Shown piece by piece: positions 35,982 to 47,513 of a stretch of 52,842 nt of DNA. Both the position numbers and the translations under genes were made by a program. Each line of letters begins with the position of its first letter. The stretch's first letter is position 1. The stretch covers positions 1-52,842 of the forward strand of contig JAXLNO010000198.1 in assembly GCA_038087875.1 (NCBI GenBank), given 5' to 3'. The notes under the pieces are model-generated. The model saw only the letters and a list, made by a program, of their open reading frames with translations, made no database searches and was not told the DNA's origin. The DNA is from Malacoraja senta. Its lineage: Eukaryota.

Positions 35982-36968
35982 TCATAATGGGGGATTTAAC
36001 ACTGAACCCAGCACGGCATCACCAAACACCCCGGGATCTTTAATCTCCTTATGGTAATACTTGTGAAACATCTGTTCATTTGCCCATCCTGCGGCCGCGA
36101 GGATAAGGTCTATTGGAACGTCTGAATCCCTGGCCGCCGATGTTGATGCCGCCCTGGTGGAATGAGATTTTAATTTATCAGTATCAATACCTGAATAAAT
36201 CAACACCTGTTTCAACCGTCTTGAAATTGTCTGTGTTGACACTTTCTTATGAGGACTTTTATGACTAATAAAAAAAGCTAATTCTGTGCCTCTTAAGATT
36301 CTGTTTGTTTCCATGTAACATCTTACATATGTTACTACACATAGCCATGGATCCGTAGGATATGCTGAAAATTCCAACTTACATCCCGTGAACCCAGGTC
36401 TACTTTGCTTCAGTAAATCATAGACATAGAATGTAACGGCATCTGCCCCTAATTTCATTCTGTCAATTTAATTTCTGTAATGTTTGAACTCTCTGAGCTG
36501 AAACTAATGCCATCAGCATAACCAATTTCATGGTGATTTTGGCTAATGACAGAGTTTCAATAGGATTCCAATCCCTCAGCAGCATCAGTACATCTTTTAC
36601 ATTCCAGATTTCTGTATACCTAGGTCTAGGAGGATTGGAATTGAAAATTCCCTTCATAAATCTACAGACCCATGGATGTGATCCTATTGGATTTTGTTCT
36701 GATTCACTGCTTAATATGCAGAGAGTGCACTTCGTGCAGTATTGTTTGCACTATAACTTAATTTTAATTCGTAGTAAAGTGTTGAAAGAAACTCTAATAC
36801 ATCTGAAATTTCTGCTGTGTTATATGCAATAATCTTTCCTGAACAAAACACCTCCCATTTCTTTATATAAGAAATGTACTGCTTCTGGGTACTATTCCTC
36901 CAGGCTGCTGCTATAACATCCACCGTACGGTCTGATAATCCTCTTCCAAGATATGGCCTTTTCAGAAT
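35982..36968 (-). pseudogene. DIRS element 2 tyrosine recombinase (frameshifted)
   Basis: TARSALS, LMALVSAQRVQTL, HSTRAAS, AAAGW..FHKYY. Confidence 0.88.
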
Positions 36969-38871
36969 CTGCAAATCAACAACCAATACGATCATGTAAA
37001 GGATGTGGTTCATTAGTTACAGGGTTTACAAGCAGTTTCACCTGCTTTGGAATAACCATAAGGGGTTCTTTGATTATGTTTAACACCAGTGGATACCATA
37101 GCTGTGTAGGCCAATCTGGTACCACCAAAGTCCTGTTTAATTTTCTGTATGCATCTATTGATTAAACAAAATGGAGGATTTGCATACAGAAACATATCAC
37201 CCCAATGTAGCGAGAAAGCATCTACCGCTACTGCACCACGACCAGGTTCCCATGACACATACTTAGGCAATTGGTGGTTTAGTCTTGATGCAAACAAATC
37301 AATCTCTGGCATTCCAAATCGTGTTACAATTTGCTTAAATATTTCCTGATGTAACATCCATTCTGTATTATCATTAAATTTACATGAGCTTTTGTCTGCA
37401 ATTGTGTTAAATTTTCCTGGTAAATATATTGCTGACAGCCAGATTTTCCTGACAATACACCAGGTCCAAATTTCATTTGCCAATCTATCACATGATTCTG
37501 ATTTGATACCACCCATGTGATTTATGTATGCTACAACTGTAGTATTGTCAACCTGTACCTGAACATGCACATTTCCCATATTAGTGCAATAAGCTTTAAG
37601 GCCATAAAATGCTCCTAACAGCTCTAGGTAATTTATTCCTTAATTTTCAAGCAAAGGTACTTCATCCACATTCCACCTACCTCCACAGCTGGAAATCATG
37701 TTTGTTGCGCCCATCCAAGAGCACTTACATCAGTCTGTAGAATGACAGAAGGTGTTTCTACCAGAACTTTTCTGGAAGCATTAGAGACATTGTTAATCCC
37801 CCATTCTATTACTGTAATGGATCCAATTGTCAATTTCATGGGCCTGTCAAAATGCCCTGTATTCATGTTTAATGCTTGTACCTTAGCCCTCTGCAAACAT
37901 TGATAATGCAATGGTCCAAACCTGACAGCTGGAAACCCAGCAATTAATTTGCCCACCAAGCTTGCCACTTCTCTAATTGAAGGCTTGTCCTCGTTTATGA
38001 GTTTAGTGCAACCTTCAATTAACTGCAGCCTTTTCTCTTTTGGCAATGTAATTACCATGTGTTCAGAGTTAATTGTGAACACTAGGTAATCAATCTTCTT
38101 GCTTGGTAACAATTTTGATTTTTGTAGGTGAATAATGAAACCCATTTTTTCAAATTGTATTTGACTCTAGATACTGACAATTTTGTAGTAGCCAAAGTCC
38201 CCCACAATCAGAATATCATCTAAATAAGCCATTAATACATGGCCCTCAGCTCTTAGCAGAACTAAAATTGGTTTGAGTAATTTAGTGAATAATCTTGGTG
38301 CTGAAGTCAGGCCATTGGGCAATGCTTTAAATTGCCATAACTGACTCATCCATCTAAATTTCAAATATCTTTGATCATTACCATGCATTGCCACAGAATA
38401 ATAAGCATTTTGCAGATCTATGCTTGCCATGTAGCAATTCTTTGTGACCAGCTGAATGGCATTAGTAAATGTTTCCATTTTGAAATGTTTATATTGTACA
38501 TAAAGGTTAAGATTTGTCAGATCCGAAATGATTCTACATCCACCATCCTTTTTTGTTCTAGGAAAAATATTTGACACAAACTGATGGTGTTGTTCTACTG
38601 ACTTTTCTATTACCCCATTTCCGCATAAAATGTTCAATTCTCCCTTCATCAACTTATTCTATTCCTTTGAGAAAATCCGCGACCGGTTTGAATTATGCTG
38701 AATTGGAGGATCCAAACGTGGAGAGAACTCAATTTTGAATCCTACAATGCTACATAGAATAAATGAATCATTTGTTATTGATTGCCATTCTTTTAGGAAG
38801 AATCGTAACCTTCCCCCAATTTGTGAGTGTGAAACATTTGTTGTGTTTCTTACCAGACCAAGCCCCCCTAC
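36962..38871 (-). pseudogene. DIRS element 2 RT, RNase H and methyltransferase-like domains (frameshifted)
   Basis: KKDGGCRII, IDLQNAYY, AYLDD, QTDVSALGW, DNTTVVAYINHMGG, IDLFASRLN, YANPPF. Confidence 0.9.
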
Positions 38872-40345
38872 CTCGTGGTTTGCCACCGGCAATTGTTGTC
38901 CCCTTCTAGTAGGCACATTGTAACCTCCACGTATCCTCGGTGCCACACGTCAACGTGTATACGAGAATGATAGGCTTGTTCCTTCTCCAGCACCAGCATT
39001 TCGCCTGTAGGGATACTGCCTTCGCACCGCTCTGCTCAGCATAGGTGACTTCATTATCATACCACTCATGGTCTTTGAATCTTCATTTAAGTCCTTTAGC
39101 TTCTTTGCTAGATTTTCTCCAAAAAGCAGATTTAGGCATTTGTATATTGGATGGTTTGCAGAGCCTGCATACTTAGGATGAATATTTGGTCTTATTGCAT
39201 TTACGAATGCAATTTATTTCAAAGTGCTAAGGCATTTTGTTGTGAATCCGATATAAAATCTTCATCCAATCCCACTGGCAAACGCCGTAATGCCTGACCC
39301 CAGCAATTTCAGCACTCGTTGTAATTTCAATTCTTGTGAGCGTAAACCAATGCTCAAATAACCCATATCAAGTTATTCACTGCTGGAACTGCTAGCAATT
39401 CACAATTTTCCGGGGTCTCATACTTTTTGATAGTCTCATCTATAGTTAATTCCTGGGGCTGATGGGAGAGTAGATAATTTATAGTCATAGCTATTTCCTC
39501 TCTCAAAGGTTCCCCTGTTACTCTGGGAACAGCAAACTTTTGTGCCAGCCCTGGAACATTTTAGCTCTGATAATGGGCTCTGGTCCTCATATAAATCATC
39601 ATCTGAATCTAGATATTCATCTTTATGTTGGGTAGTTTCTGGCTCCCCTGTTTCAGGTAAGTCTCTGCCAGATTCCCCCTGCGTGGGCTCTCTTGTAGGC
39701 CCACGGATAGGCAGCCCTGTTTCAGGTGCTGCTGGTGCTGGCTCAATTCTAGGCCAATGCCTCATTATTTTTCCTCTTTATATTGTCGGTGCTGGCACAT
39801 TTGTCATTGCACGTTTGTGCTGCCTTTGTTCAGGCATTTCTAGTACTGGCTCTCCAATAGGCCAACACATATATTGCCTTTTATCTGGCATTTTGGGCAC
39901 TGGCTCTCCTGCAGGCCAACCACTGTAATGTTTCTGCACAGGCATTTCTGATGGCTCTCCTGTAGGCCACCCTTGTGCCTGCCCCATCCAAGGCACCTCC
40001 TGTGCTATATCCTCCATTGGCCAACACCGACTTAAATCCTCCTGTGGGGGTTCTTTATAAATCATCTTCCCCATCAGGAGTTCTAAAGTTGCGACCCTTG
40101 CAGTGTAATATTCTTTCCTGCCTGAGGAGGGTATACCTCCGGGTCTGACTCATCCGAGTCTACAGGTCGGGCCGACTTTTGTCCAGCCTTGCGCCCCGCC
40201 GCCGGCGGTTTAACGGCACACTTGACCGCAACAGGAGTTAATGGCTTCGCTGCCACTGACTCCTCTGACTGACGCCCGCTACCCTTAGGATCTGGGGTTT
40301 TACCTGCGGTGCGTCCCTGGCCGCCTCTCCTTCCCCTTTCTCCAT
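38872..40345 (-). pseudogene. DIRS element 2 gag-like region with internal coding tandem repeats
   Basis: ATG near 40345 (MEKG); repeated WP.GEP peptides 39650-40030; LLFGENL motif. Confidence 0.6.
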
Positions 40346-40586
40346 AATAAACTTGTGTGGAGCTCCACCAACAAGTCTGAACGGGAAGGAAACGCTCCTG
40401 TAAGTGAAAGTAAACCCACTTACCTTCCGACTTTTTGCTTTACTCACCGCTCGGAGGAGCTCCTGCTCCTCCACACACGGTCATGAACGCTATGCGTATG
40501 ATCGATATGACGCGTGTGTGGCTGGACGGGGTCTTCTTCACGTAGTCACTCACGTGACTCCGAAGTAAAATGCAGGTATATGTGAG

Positions 40587-40800
40587 GTTTAGTTTAGTTT
40601 AGTTTAGAGATACTGCATAGAAACAGGCCCTTCGGCCCACCGAGTCCTCACTGACCAGTGATTCCCGTACACTAACAATATCCTACACACAATAGGGACT
40701 ATTTACAATTATACTAAGCCAATTTGCCTACATGCCTGTAAGTCTTTGGCTTGTGCGAGGAAACCAGAGCTCCCGGAGAAAACCCACGCAGGTCACGGGG
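40587..40800 (-). mobile_element. HE1-type V-SINE, 5'-truncated
   Basis: (TTTAG)n tail, AAACAGGCCCTTCGGCCCACC and the V domain. Confidence 0.85.
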
Positions 40801-41065
40801 TGAACCGTGCTGTATCTCTAAAGTCTAAAAGTCTAAAGTCTGAATTGCAGGGACCTTAGGAGCATCGATGTTCAGCAAGACATTAGGGTGTAAGTTCATA
40901 GTTCCGTGAAAGTGGCAATGCAGATGGATAAGGTCATGGAAAGGGCGTTTAGTGTGCTTGCCTCCAAAAGTCAAAACATCGAAGTGAAGAGCTGGAACGT
41001 TGTGCCAGAGTTGTGCATTACATTGATTATACTGCACTTGGAGTATTAAGTACAGTTTTGGTTGC

Positions 41066-41208
41066 TTCTTCCTCTTCTTGCGTATGGCGTGCACAGCCTA
41101 AAGTTGTACGACAACTTGTTCGATTTGATCTTATTTGATTGTGCACGCTGGGTTAATTGCATTCGTTGAAACAGGGCAGACCACGTGAAGGCTGCAATCT
41201 TCCACCCC
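41066..41208 (-). mobile_element. 143-bp non-autonomous retroposon with a ribozyme head and Vingi/Ingi-like (GAA)n tail, 12-13 bp TSD
   Basis: (C)AGTTTTGGTTGC at 41053-41065 and 41208-41220. The minus strand starts GGGGTGG and ends CCATACGCAAGAAGAGGAAGAA. Confidence 0.8.
41155..41208 (-). ncRNA. HDV-like (CPEB3-type) self-cleaving ribozyme, minimal and lacking P4
   Basis: GGGGUGG-AA-GAUUGCA-GCC-UUCACGU-GGU-CUGCCCU-GU-UUCAA-CGAA-UGCAAUU. P1, P2 and P3 all pair, with a G1.U wobble and J4/2 CGAA. Confidence 0.85.
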
Positions 41209-41282
41209 AGTTTTGGTTGCCACACTGCAGAAAGGATTTGGTGAAAACAGAGAGAGTACAGGAGTTTCACATTTTGGGTTTA

Positions 41283-41562
41283 AATATAGAGTGTGGAAAC
41301 AGGCACTTTGGCCCACCAAGTCCATGCTGACCAGTGATTACCCGTAAACTAGTTCTATGCTACACACTAAGGACAATTTTTTCAGAAGGCAATTAATCTA
41401 CAAATATGCATGTCTTTGGAATGTGGGATGAAACTGGAGCACCTGGAGAAAACACAGGCGGTCACAGGGAGAAGTTACAAACTCATTACTGACAGCACCC
41501 ATAGTTATGATTGCACCCGGGTCTCTGGTGCTGTAAGGCAACATACTCTACCGCTGTGCCAC
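41283..41562 (-). mobile_element. HE1-type V-SINE, older copy
   Basis: GGAAACAGGC..GGCCCACC tail, GGAGCACCTGGAGAAAAC V domain, tRNA-like head. Confidence 0.8.
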
Positions 41563-41795
41563 AGATGTGCAGATTGGATAGATAGTCAGTATCTTTTTCC
41601 CAGGGCTGGAAAGTCTAGAACTAGAGGGCACACGTTATGGTCAGAGCAGAGAAGTTTAAAGGAGATTTGATGGATAGGATTTTCAGGCAGGATGGTCATT
41701 AATTTTTGCCAGAGGAGATAGCAGAGGCATTTGGACAAGTACTTAGGTAGGTACAGAGGGTTACGAGCTGAAAGCAGGCCAGTAGATAGGCATCA

Positions 41796-42327
41796 ATGCA
41801 TGGCTTGGGAACAGCTCACAAGACAGCAAGAAATTGCAGAGAATTGTGGATGCAGCCCAGACCATCACTCAAACCAACTTCCCTTGCATTGACTCAATTT
41901 ACACTTCACACTGCCTTGGCAAGGCCACCAGCACAATCAAGGAGCTGTCTCACTAGGACTCTTCCTCTTCTCTCCTCTTCCATCAGGCAAGAGGCATAGA
42001 AACCGCACACTTCCAGATTCAGGGACAGTTTCATCCCAACAATCATCTGTGAACTGAATCATCCAATCAACAACTATAGAGCGGTCCTGAGCTACCATCC
42101 ACCTCGTTGGAGACCCTCGGACTATGTTTAATAGGACTTTTGTGGACTTTATCTTGCACTAAATGTTATTCCCTTTATCTTGTATCTGTACTATGCAAGC
42201 AGCTTGACTGTAATCATGTATAGTCTTTCTGCTGACTAGTTAGCACACAACCAAAAGACTTTTCACTGTACCTGTACCTTTTCACTGTACACGTGACAAT
42301 AAACTAAATGAATTAAACTAAACTAAA
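41796..42327 (+). mobile_element. Rex1/Babar-type LINE 3' part
   Basis: AWLGNS..KLQRIVDAAQTI..RFRDSF reading; TTTCACTGTAC..GTGACAATAAA plus (CTAAA)n. Confidence 0.7.
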
Positions 42328-42520
42328 TATGGGGGACATGGGGCATTTCTGTGTTTCTGCACTGTACATTTCTAATGATTTATTCAGAATGTGGACATAG
42401 ACATGTGGCAAAGCAATGACATTAAATAGAACAGTACAGCAAAGAACAGGCCCTTCAGCCCACAATATTTGAAACTACTTAACATCCAAGAGAGAGAGAA
42501 GGCAAGAATTTGGTTGTATA

Positions 42521-42641
42521 TAGAAACAGGGAAATGCAAGATGTAGGTTTACAATAAAAGAGTACTGGAGTAACTCAGCAGGTCAGGCAACATCTCATGA
42601 GAACAAGGATAGATGACATTTTGGGTTGGGATCCTTCTTCA
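42521..42641 (-). mobile_element. Degenerate Penelope-type terminal-repeat fragment
   Basis: CTGGAGTAACTCAGCAGGTCAGGCAACATCT..GACATTTTGGGTTGGGATCCTTCTTCA. Confidence 0.6.
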
Positions 42642-43458
42642 CCCTTTAATACATCAATAAAAAAACAGCACCAATCAACTGAGCAATACTCCCGCGATAG
42701 AGCACAGAATTGGTTGTATGGGAGGTGTACACAGGTGTATGGAACAAGCTGCCAGAGGAAGTAGCTGTGGCATGGATAGGACATGTTTAGAGTGATATGG
42801 GCCCAACGCAGGCAGGTGGGACTAGTGTAGATGGGACATATTGGCCAGTGTGGGCAAGTTGGGCCAAAGGTTTCCACACTGTAAGACTCCATGACTACGG
42901 TCTATGACACTTCCAACTTTTCTTTGTGCAGTCTTTAAGCTGATCACATTGATATAAACTCTAAAATGTCCTGGCAAGATGTAATAAACCCAGTCTATCT
43001 GTGTACTCCCATATGTTTTTTCTGTACTTCTGGCTGTGTAAACCCACCCGAATCCAAAATACAACAAATCTATTTTCTTACGGGGATTAATTCAACAAAG
43101 ATAGAAATGCCCCATTTGTCAAAGAAATATATCCCATCCATTCTGGGAATTCTCGAGATTTGTTCCACAGTTTACAATAAATTTCAGAAAGTACCAAGTC
43201 TGCAGAAACTTGGCCTCAAATTCCAGGTGACCCAAACTCAACCTGTGCACATGTGAAGTTGGTGATTGTCAGATCACCAGCTCCAATTGGTCTGTGTACA
43301 TCCAATGTCAAAAGCTGCTTATTTGTCAAATGGTGCTTGCGAGCTGAAGGTTTGCAAGTAGCATGCTTGAACATTTTATTGATAGGCACAGTACTTCCCA
43401 GACTGCGGATTAAATAACAGCCATTGAATCTAAGAAGTGGGGGGGGGGGGGAGGGAGG

Positions 43459-43690
43459 GGTTGTGAATCTGTGGAATTCTCTGCTACAGAAGGCAGTGGA
43501 GGCCAATTCACTGGATGTATTCAAGAGAGAGTTAGATGAAGCTCTTAGGGCTAACGGAATCAAAGAATATGGGGAAAAAGCAGGAACAGGGTACTGATTT
43601 TGGATGATCAGTCATGATCATATTGAATGGCGGTGCTGGCTCGAAGGTCCGAATGGCCAACTCCTGCGCCTATTTCCTATGTTTCTATTC
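43459..43690 (+). mobile_element. CR1 3' end fragment
   Basis: GTTGTGAATCTGTGGAATTCTCTG, the CR1 3' UTR and a TTCCTATGTTTCTAT tail. Confidence 0.85.
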
Positions 43691-43699
43691 AGAAATTAC

Positions 43700-45087
43700 C
43701 ACCAGGGGCGCCGCACAATTGGCAACCCGCCAACAGTCTGTCTGTTTTTTTGTCTTTTTAAAATTTTTAGTGTGTGTTAAAAGTTTGTGTAAATGTTCTC
43801 CGGTTGTTTTATGTGGGGGGGAGGGGGAACCTATTTTTTTCACTTTCTTACCTGCTGGAGAATAGAATAGAACAGAATAGTCAGAATCAGAACAGTATTT
43901 CATTTGCCAAGTATGTTTTGCACAATACGAGGAATTTCATTTGCCAAGTCATACAAATAAAAAGCAACAGATCACCCAAAACACATTTTAACATGAACAT
44001 CCACCACCGTGACTCCTACACATTCCTCACTGTGATGGAAGGCGAAATAAAGTTAAAGTCTCTTCCCTTTGCTCTCCCGCGGTCGGGGGCTTCGAGCCCT
44101 CCGTTGACGGGACGATCTTGACTCCCGTAGCCGGCGATGTTTTGGCCCTCTGCGTCAAGGTGATCAGCTCCTGCATCAGGGGGATGTCAGGTCTCCTGAG
44201 CTGGGCGATCGAACCTCATGTCGGGGCTGATCGAACCTTCCGCGATGTTGCAGCTCCCGACTTGACTGTGAGCTCTTGATGGTAAGTCCGCAGGCCGCGG
44301 TTGGAGCGATCCCAGGCAAGCGATCAGCTCCGATGTTAAGTCCGTGCCCCTCGGTGGGGCTTACAACAATCCGAGGAGGCCTCCAGCTCCATCGATGGAA
44401 GGCCGTAGAGCGCCCGGAGAAGGCGATGTGAAAATCAATCGCGTCTCTGGCAAGGTAAGAACCTGAAAAAAAGGTTCCCCCGATCCCCTCCCCCTAAAAT
44501 GCGATTACTTTCCGGATCGTGTCTCTGGTCACTCTGTGGCCCACCATCGATGGAGCTGGAGACCTCCTCGGACTGACCTTAGGCCCCACCAAAGGGCGTG
44601 TACTTAACATCGGAGTCGATCCCTTGCCTGGATCCCTCCAACCGCTGTCTGCGGACTTTACATCGGGAGCTCGCAGTCTCGGGAGAGGCCGTGGATGTCG
44701 GGAGCTCCAACGAACGCAGAGGCTCGACCGGCCCCGACATGGAGTTCGATCATCCGGCGCGGGGGAGCTGACATCTCCCCAATGTGGGAGATGATCGTCC
44801 CGACGCGAAGGGCCAAAACGCCGCTGGCTACGGTAGTCAAGATCGTCCCGTCAACAGAGGGCTTGAGGCCCCGACCGCGGGAGAGCAAAGGGAAGAGATT
44901 GAACTTTTGTTCGCCTTCCAACACAGTGAGGAATGTGGAGTAATCACTGTGATGGATATTTTTGTTAAAATATGTTTTGTGTGTTCCGTTGCTTTTTATT
45001 TGTATGACTGACTTGGGAAATGAAATTCCTCGCCTGTTGCAAAACATACTTGGCGAATAAAGTATTATTGTGATTGTGATTGTGATT
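43700..45087 (+). mobile_element. Non-autonomous retroposon (same superfamily as 17726-18459), interrupted at 43862-44497
   Basis: CTTACCTGCTGGAGA|...|ATGCGATT rejoins; (GATTGT)n tail. Confidence 0.65.
43862..44497 (-). mobile_element. Second copy of the same family inserted in the opposite orientation
   Basis: Its reverse complement is colinear with 44500-45087; (ATTCT)n-type tail at 43862-43895. Confidence 0.75.
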
Positions 45088-45434
45088 GATTGTGAGATAG
45101 GAAATTCCATACCCTGGGACCTAGAAAGATGCAAACACAAGAGCCAATGCTGGCACAAAGAGATATTGGAATAGACGAGAGGCCTGGGTCAGAGACATGG
45201 AAAGCTGAGAAGGGACAGACCTGGAGAAGACTACAAAAGTAGGAAACTATAGGAAAAGACAAGAGAAAGAAGAGAATAACTAACAATTACAAAATATTAA
45301 TCAACTTACATCAAAAGTAAGGGAACAACATGAGACACCAATGAAATGGCCACACAAAGATGGTATAGTATACCTTTCTATAGGACTCACTCTCGTGTAC
45401 TTTTTGTTTAGTGCAAAGTTCCCTCCAATGTTTA

Positions 45435-45553
45435 GTTGAGGTTAAAGATACAGTGTGGAAACAGGCCCTTTAGCCACAGAGTACACGCTGACCAGCAATC
45501 ACCCATTCACACTAGTTCAATCTTACACACTAGCGACAATTTATAGAAACAAA
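45435..45553 (-). mobile_element. V-SINE 3' fragment
   Basis: AAGATACAGTGTGGAAACAGGCCCTT..CTGACCAGC..CACACTAG. Confidence 0.7.
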
Positions 45554-47513
45554 CTAGACTAAGGGGGACCCGTTGGTTCCCAGTCACACGGGAGGCCTGG
45601 TCCCCCAACGCAACCCATTCCACAACATAATATTTCACCACTCATCCATTCCCCCAATGCAACCCGTTCCCCCAATGGAATATTCCACCACTCACCCATA
45701 GCCCGTAACTGCGCAGGCGCGGCGCATTTCCCCTCATCCTCCAGCACTCCCTCCCCTCCTCTTCATGTGTGGAAGGGAGGGAAGGGAGGGTGGAGGGAAG
45801 GGGTGTGTGTGGTAGGGGGGTGCGGGGTGCGAGGGGAGGAAGGGAGGGGGTGTGTGTGTGGGCGGGGGGTTGTAGGAGGGTGGAGGGTGGTGTGGGGGGA
45901 GGGGGAGGGGGGTTGTGGGGGGAGGGAGATGTGGGGTGGGAGGAGAGGGATATGTGTGGCTGGGAGGGGTGTGGGAGGGATGTGGGAGGATGGAAAGGGG
46001 TGTGTGTAGGGGAAGGGGTGTGTTGGCAGGGTGGGGATGGGGGAGGGTGTTGTTTGTGGGAGAGATGGGGGGGTGTGGGGAGGGATGTGTGTGGGCGGGG
46101 AGGGGTGTCTGTGGGCGGGGAGTGGTGAATGTGGGTGGGAATGGGTGAGTATGGGTGGGTAGGGGTGTGTGTGGCGGGGAGGGATGTGGGGGGAAGGGGA
46201 GGGAGGGGAGGGGGTGTGTGGGAGGTGGGGAGGGGAGAGGTGGTGTGGTGTGGGCAGGGTAATGTATGGGGGGTGTGCAAGGGGGTGTGTGTAGGAGAGG
46301 GAGGTGGTTGGCTTGGGGCTTTGGGCAGTGTGGATTGAGGGGGGAGGGGTGTGTGGGCAGGGGGTTGTGGGGGGAGAAGATTGTGTGGGCAGGGGGGGTT
46401 GTGGGTGGGAGGGTGAGTGTGGGCAGGGGGGTTGTGGGGGGATGAGTGTGTGGGCGAAGGGGGTTGTGGGGGGAAGGGTGTGTGGGTGGGGAGCATTGTG
46501 GAGGGAGAGGTGTGTGGGCGGAGGGGTTGTGGGGGGAGTGTGGGCGGGGGGTTGTGGGGAGAGGGGGGTGTGGGCAGAGAGGGAGCTTTTGGGGTGGAGG
46601 GGTGGCTGGGCGGGGGGGTGTTGTGGGGGTAGAGAAGTGTGCGGGTGGGGGTGTTGTGGTGGGATGGGTGTGTGGAAGGGGGAGAGGTGTGGGCAGGAGA
46701 GTGTTAGTGTGGGAGGATGGGTGGGGTGGGCGGGGTGAGCGGAGGGGTGTGGGTGGGGGCAGGGGACGGGGGATTGGTGTGTGGGCTGGGAGGTTGTGGG
46801 GGGAGGGGAGTGTGGGCGGGGAGGGGAGTGCGGGCGGGGGAGGGGTGTGGGCGGGGGTGAGCAGAGGGGTGTGGGTGGGGGCGGGGGGGGGGGTGGTGGG
46901 CATTGGGGGGATTGTGGGTGAGGAGGGGTTGTGGGGGGAGGGGTTTGGAGGCAGGGTGGTTGTGGGTGGGAGAGGGGTGTGGGGGCATGGGGGATTTGTG
47001 GGGCGAGAGTGTGTGTGGGCAGGGGGGGATTGTGGGAGGAGGGGGGTGTGGGTGTGGGTGTGGGGGTGTTGTGGGGGGAGAGTGTTGTGTGGGAGGGGGA
47101 GGGTGAGAGAGCTCGGGGGACCAGAGGGGTAAGGGGCTGGAGCTGGCGGTGCGATGGAGACTCACAGCGGGCACTGGTCGCTGGTCGTTCTCGTCCACCG
47201 GGATCACAGTGTCCGCTTTCCGTTTGGCGATATCGGTGACATCTCCGACGCCGCGCTGCTTCCGGTCCCTCCGAAAATTGTGTCTGTTTGGAGATCTCTG
47301 CCGGCCACCTATAGCCTCCCTCAGTTCCAGTAAAGACGTGATGGCGCAGGAAGGGGCGGACCGTCCCTGCGAGTGACAGGAGAAGAGACCAATCTGCGTG
47401 GCACTGATTGGCAGGAGAGATCGAAAAATCGTAGCACTTTCACATACCATGTTTGCGCAAATAGACAAACCGCGCAAACCGGAAGAGCACAAGATCAGAG
47501 TTTTAGGTATGGA
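45554..47513 (-). mobile_element. Complete non-autonomous Helitron-like element, family B (~1.96 kb)
   Basis: Minus strand: A|TCCATACCTAAAACTCTGATC ... GGGAACCAACGGGTCCC hairpin, CCTTAGTCTAG|T. AT target, no TSD; 1.3 kb low-complexity interior. Confidence 0.75.

Larger units (their letters stand above)
35491..40568 (-). mobile_element. Complete DIRS1-type retrotransposon (element 2), coding-defective
   Basis: Same terminal architecture as element 1 (rE and right ITR 35491-35600, ICR 35715-35827, left terminus 40508-40568); gag, RT/RH, MT and YR domains. Confidence 0.93.
34980..41795 (+). mobile_element. Old CR1 RT region fragmented by DIRS element 2, two SINEs and the ribozyme-headed element (pieces ~34980-35490, 40572-40590, 40848-41065, 41209-41262, 41563-41795)
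   Basis: The pieces read in CR1 order; TGCAGATGGAATTT-AAT-GCAGGTATATGTGAGG (QMEFNA..CE) rejoins across the DIRS. Confidence 0.7.
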
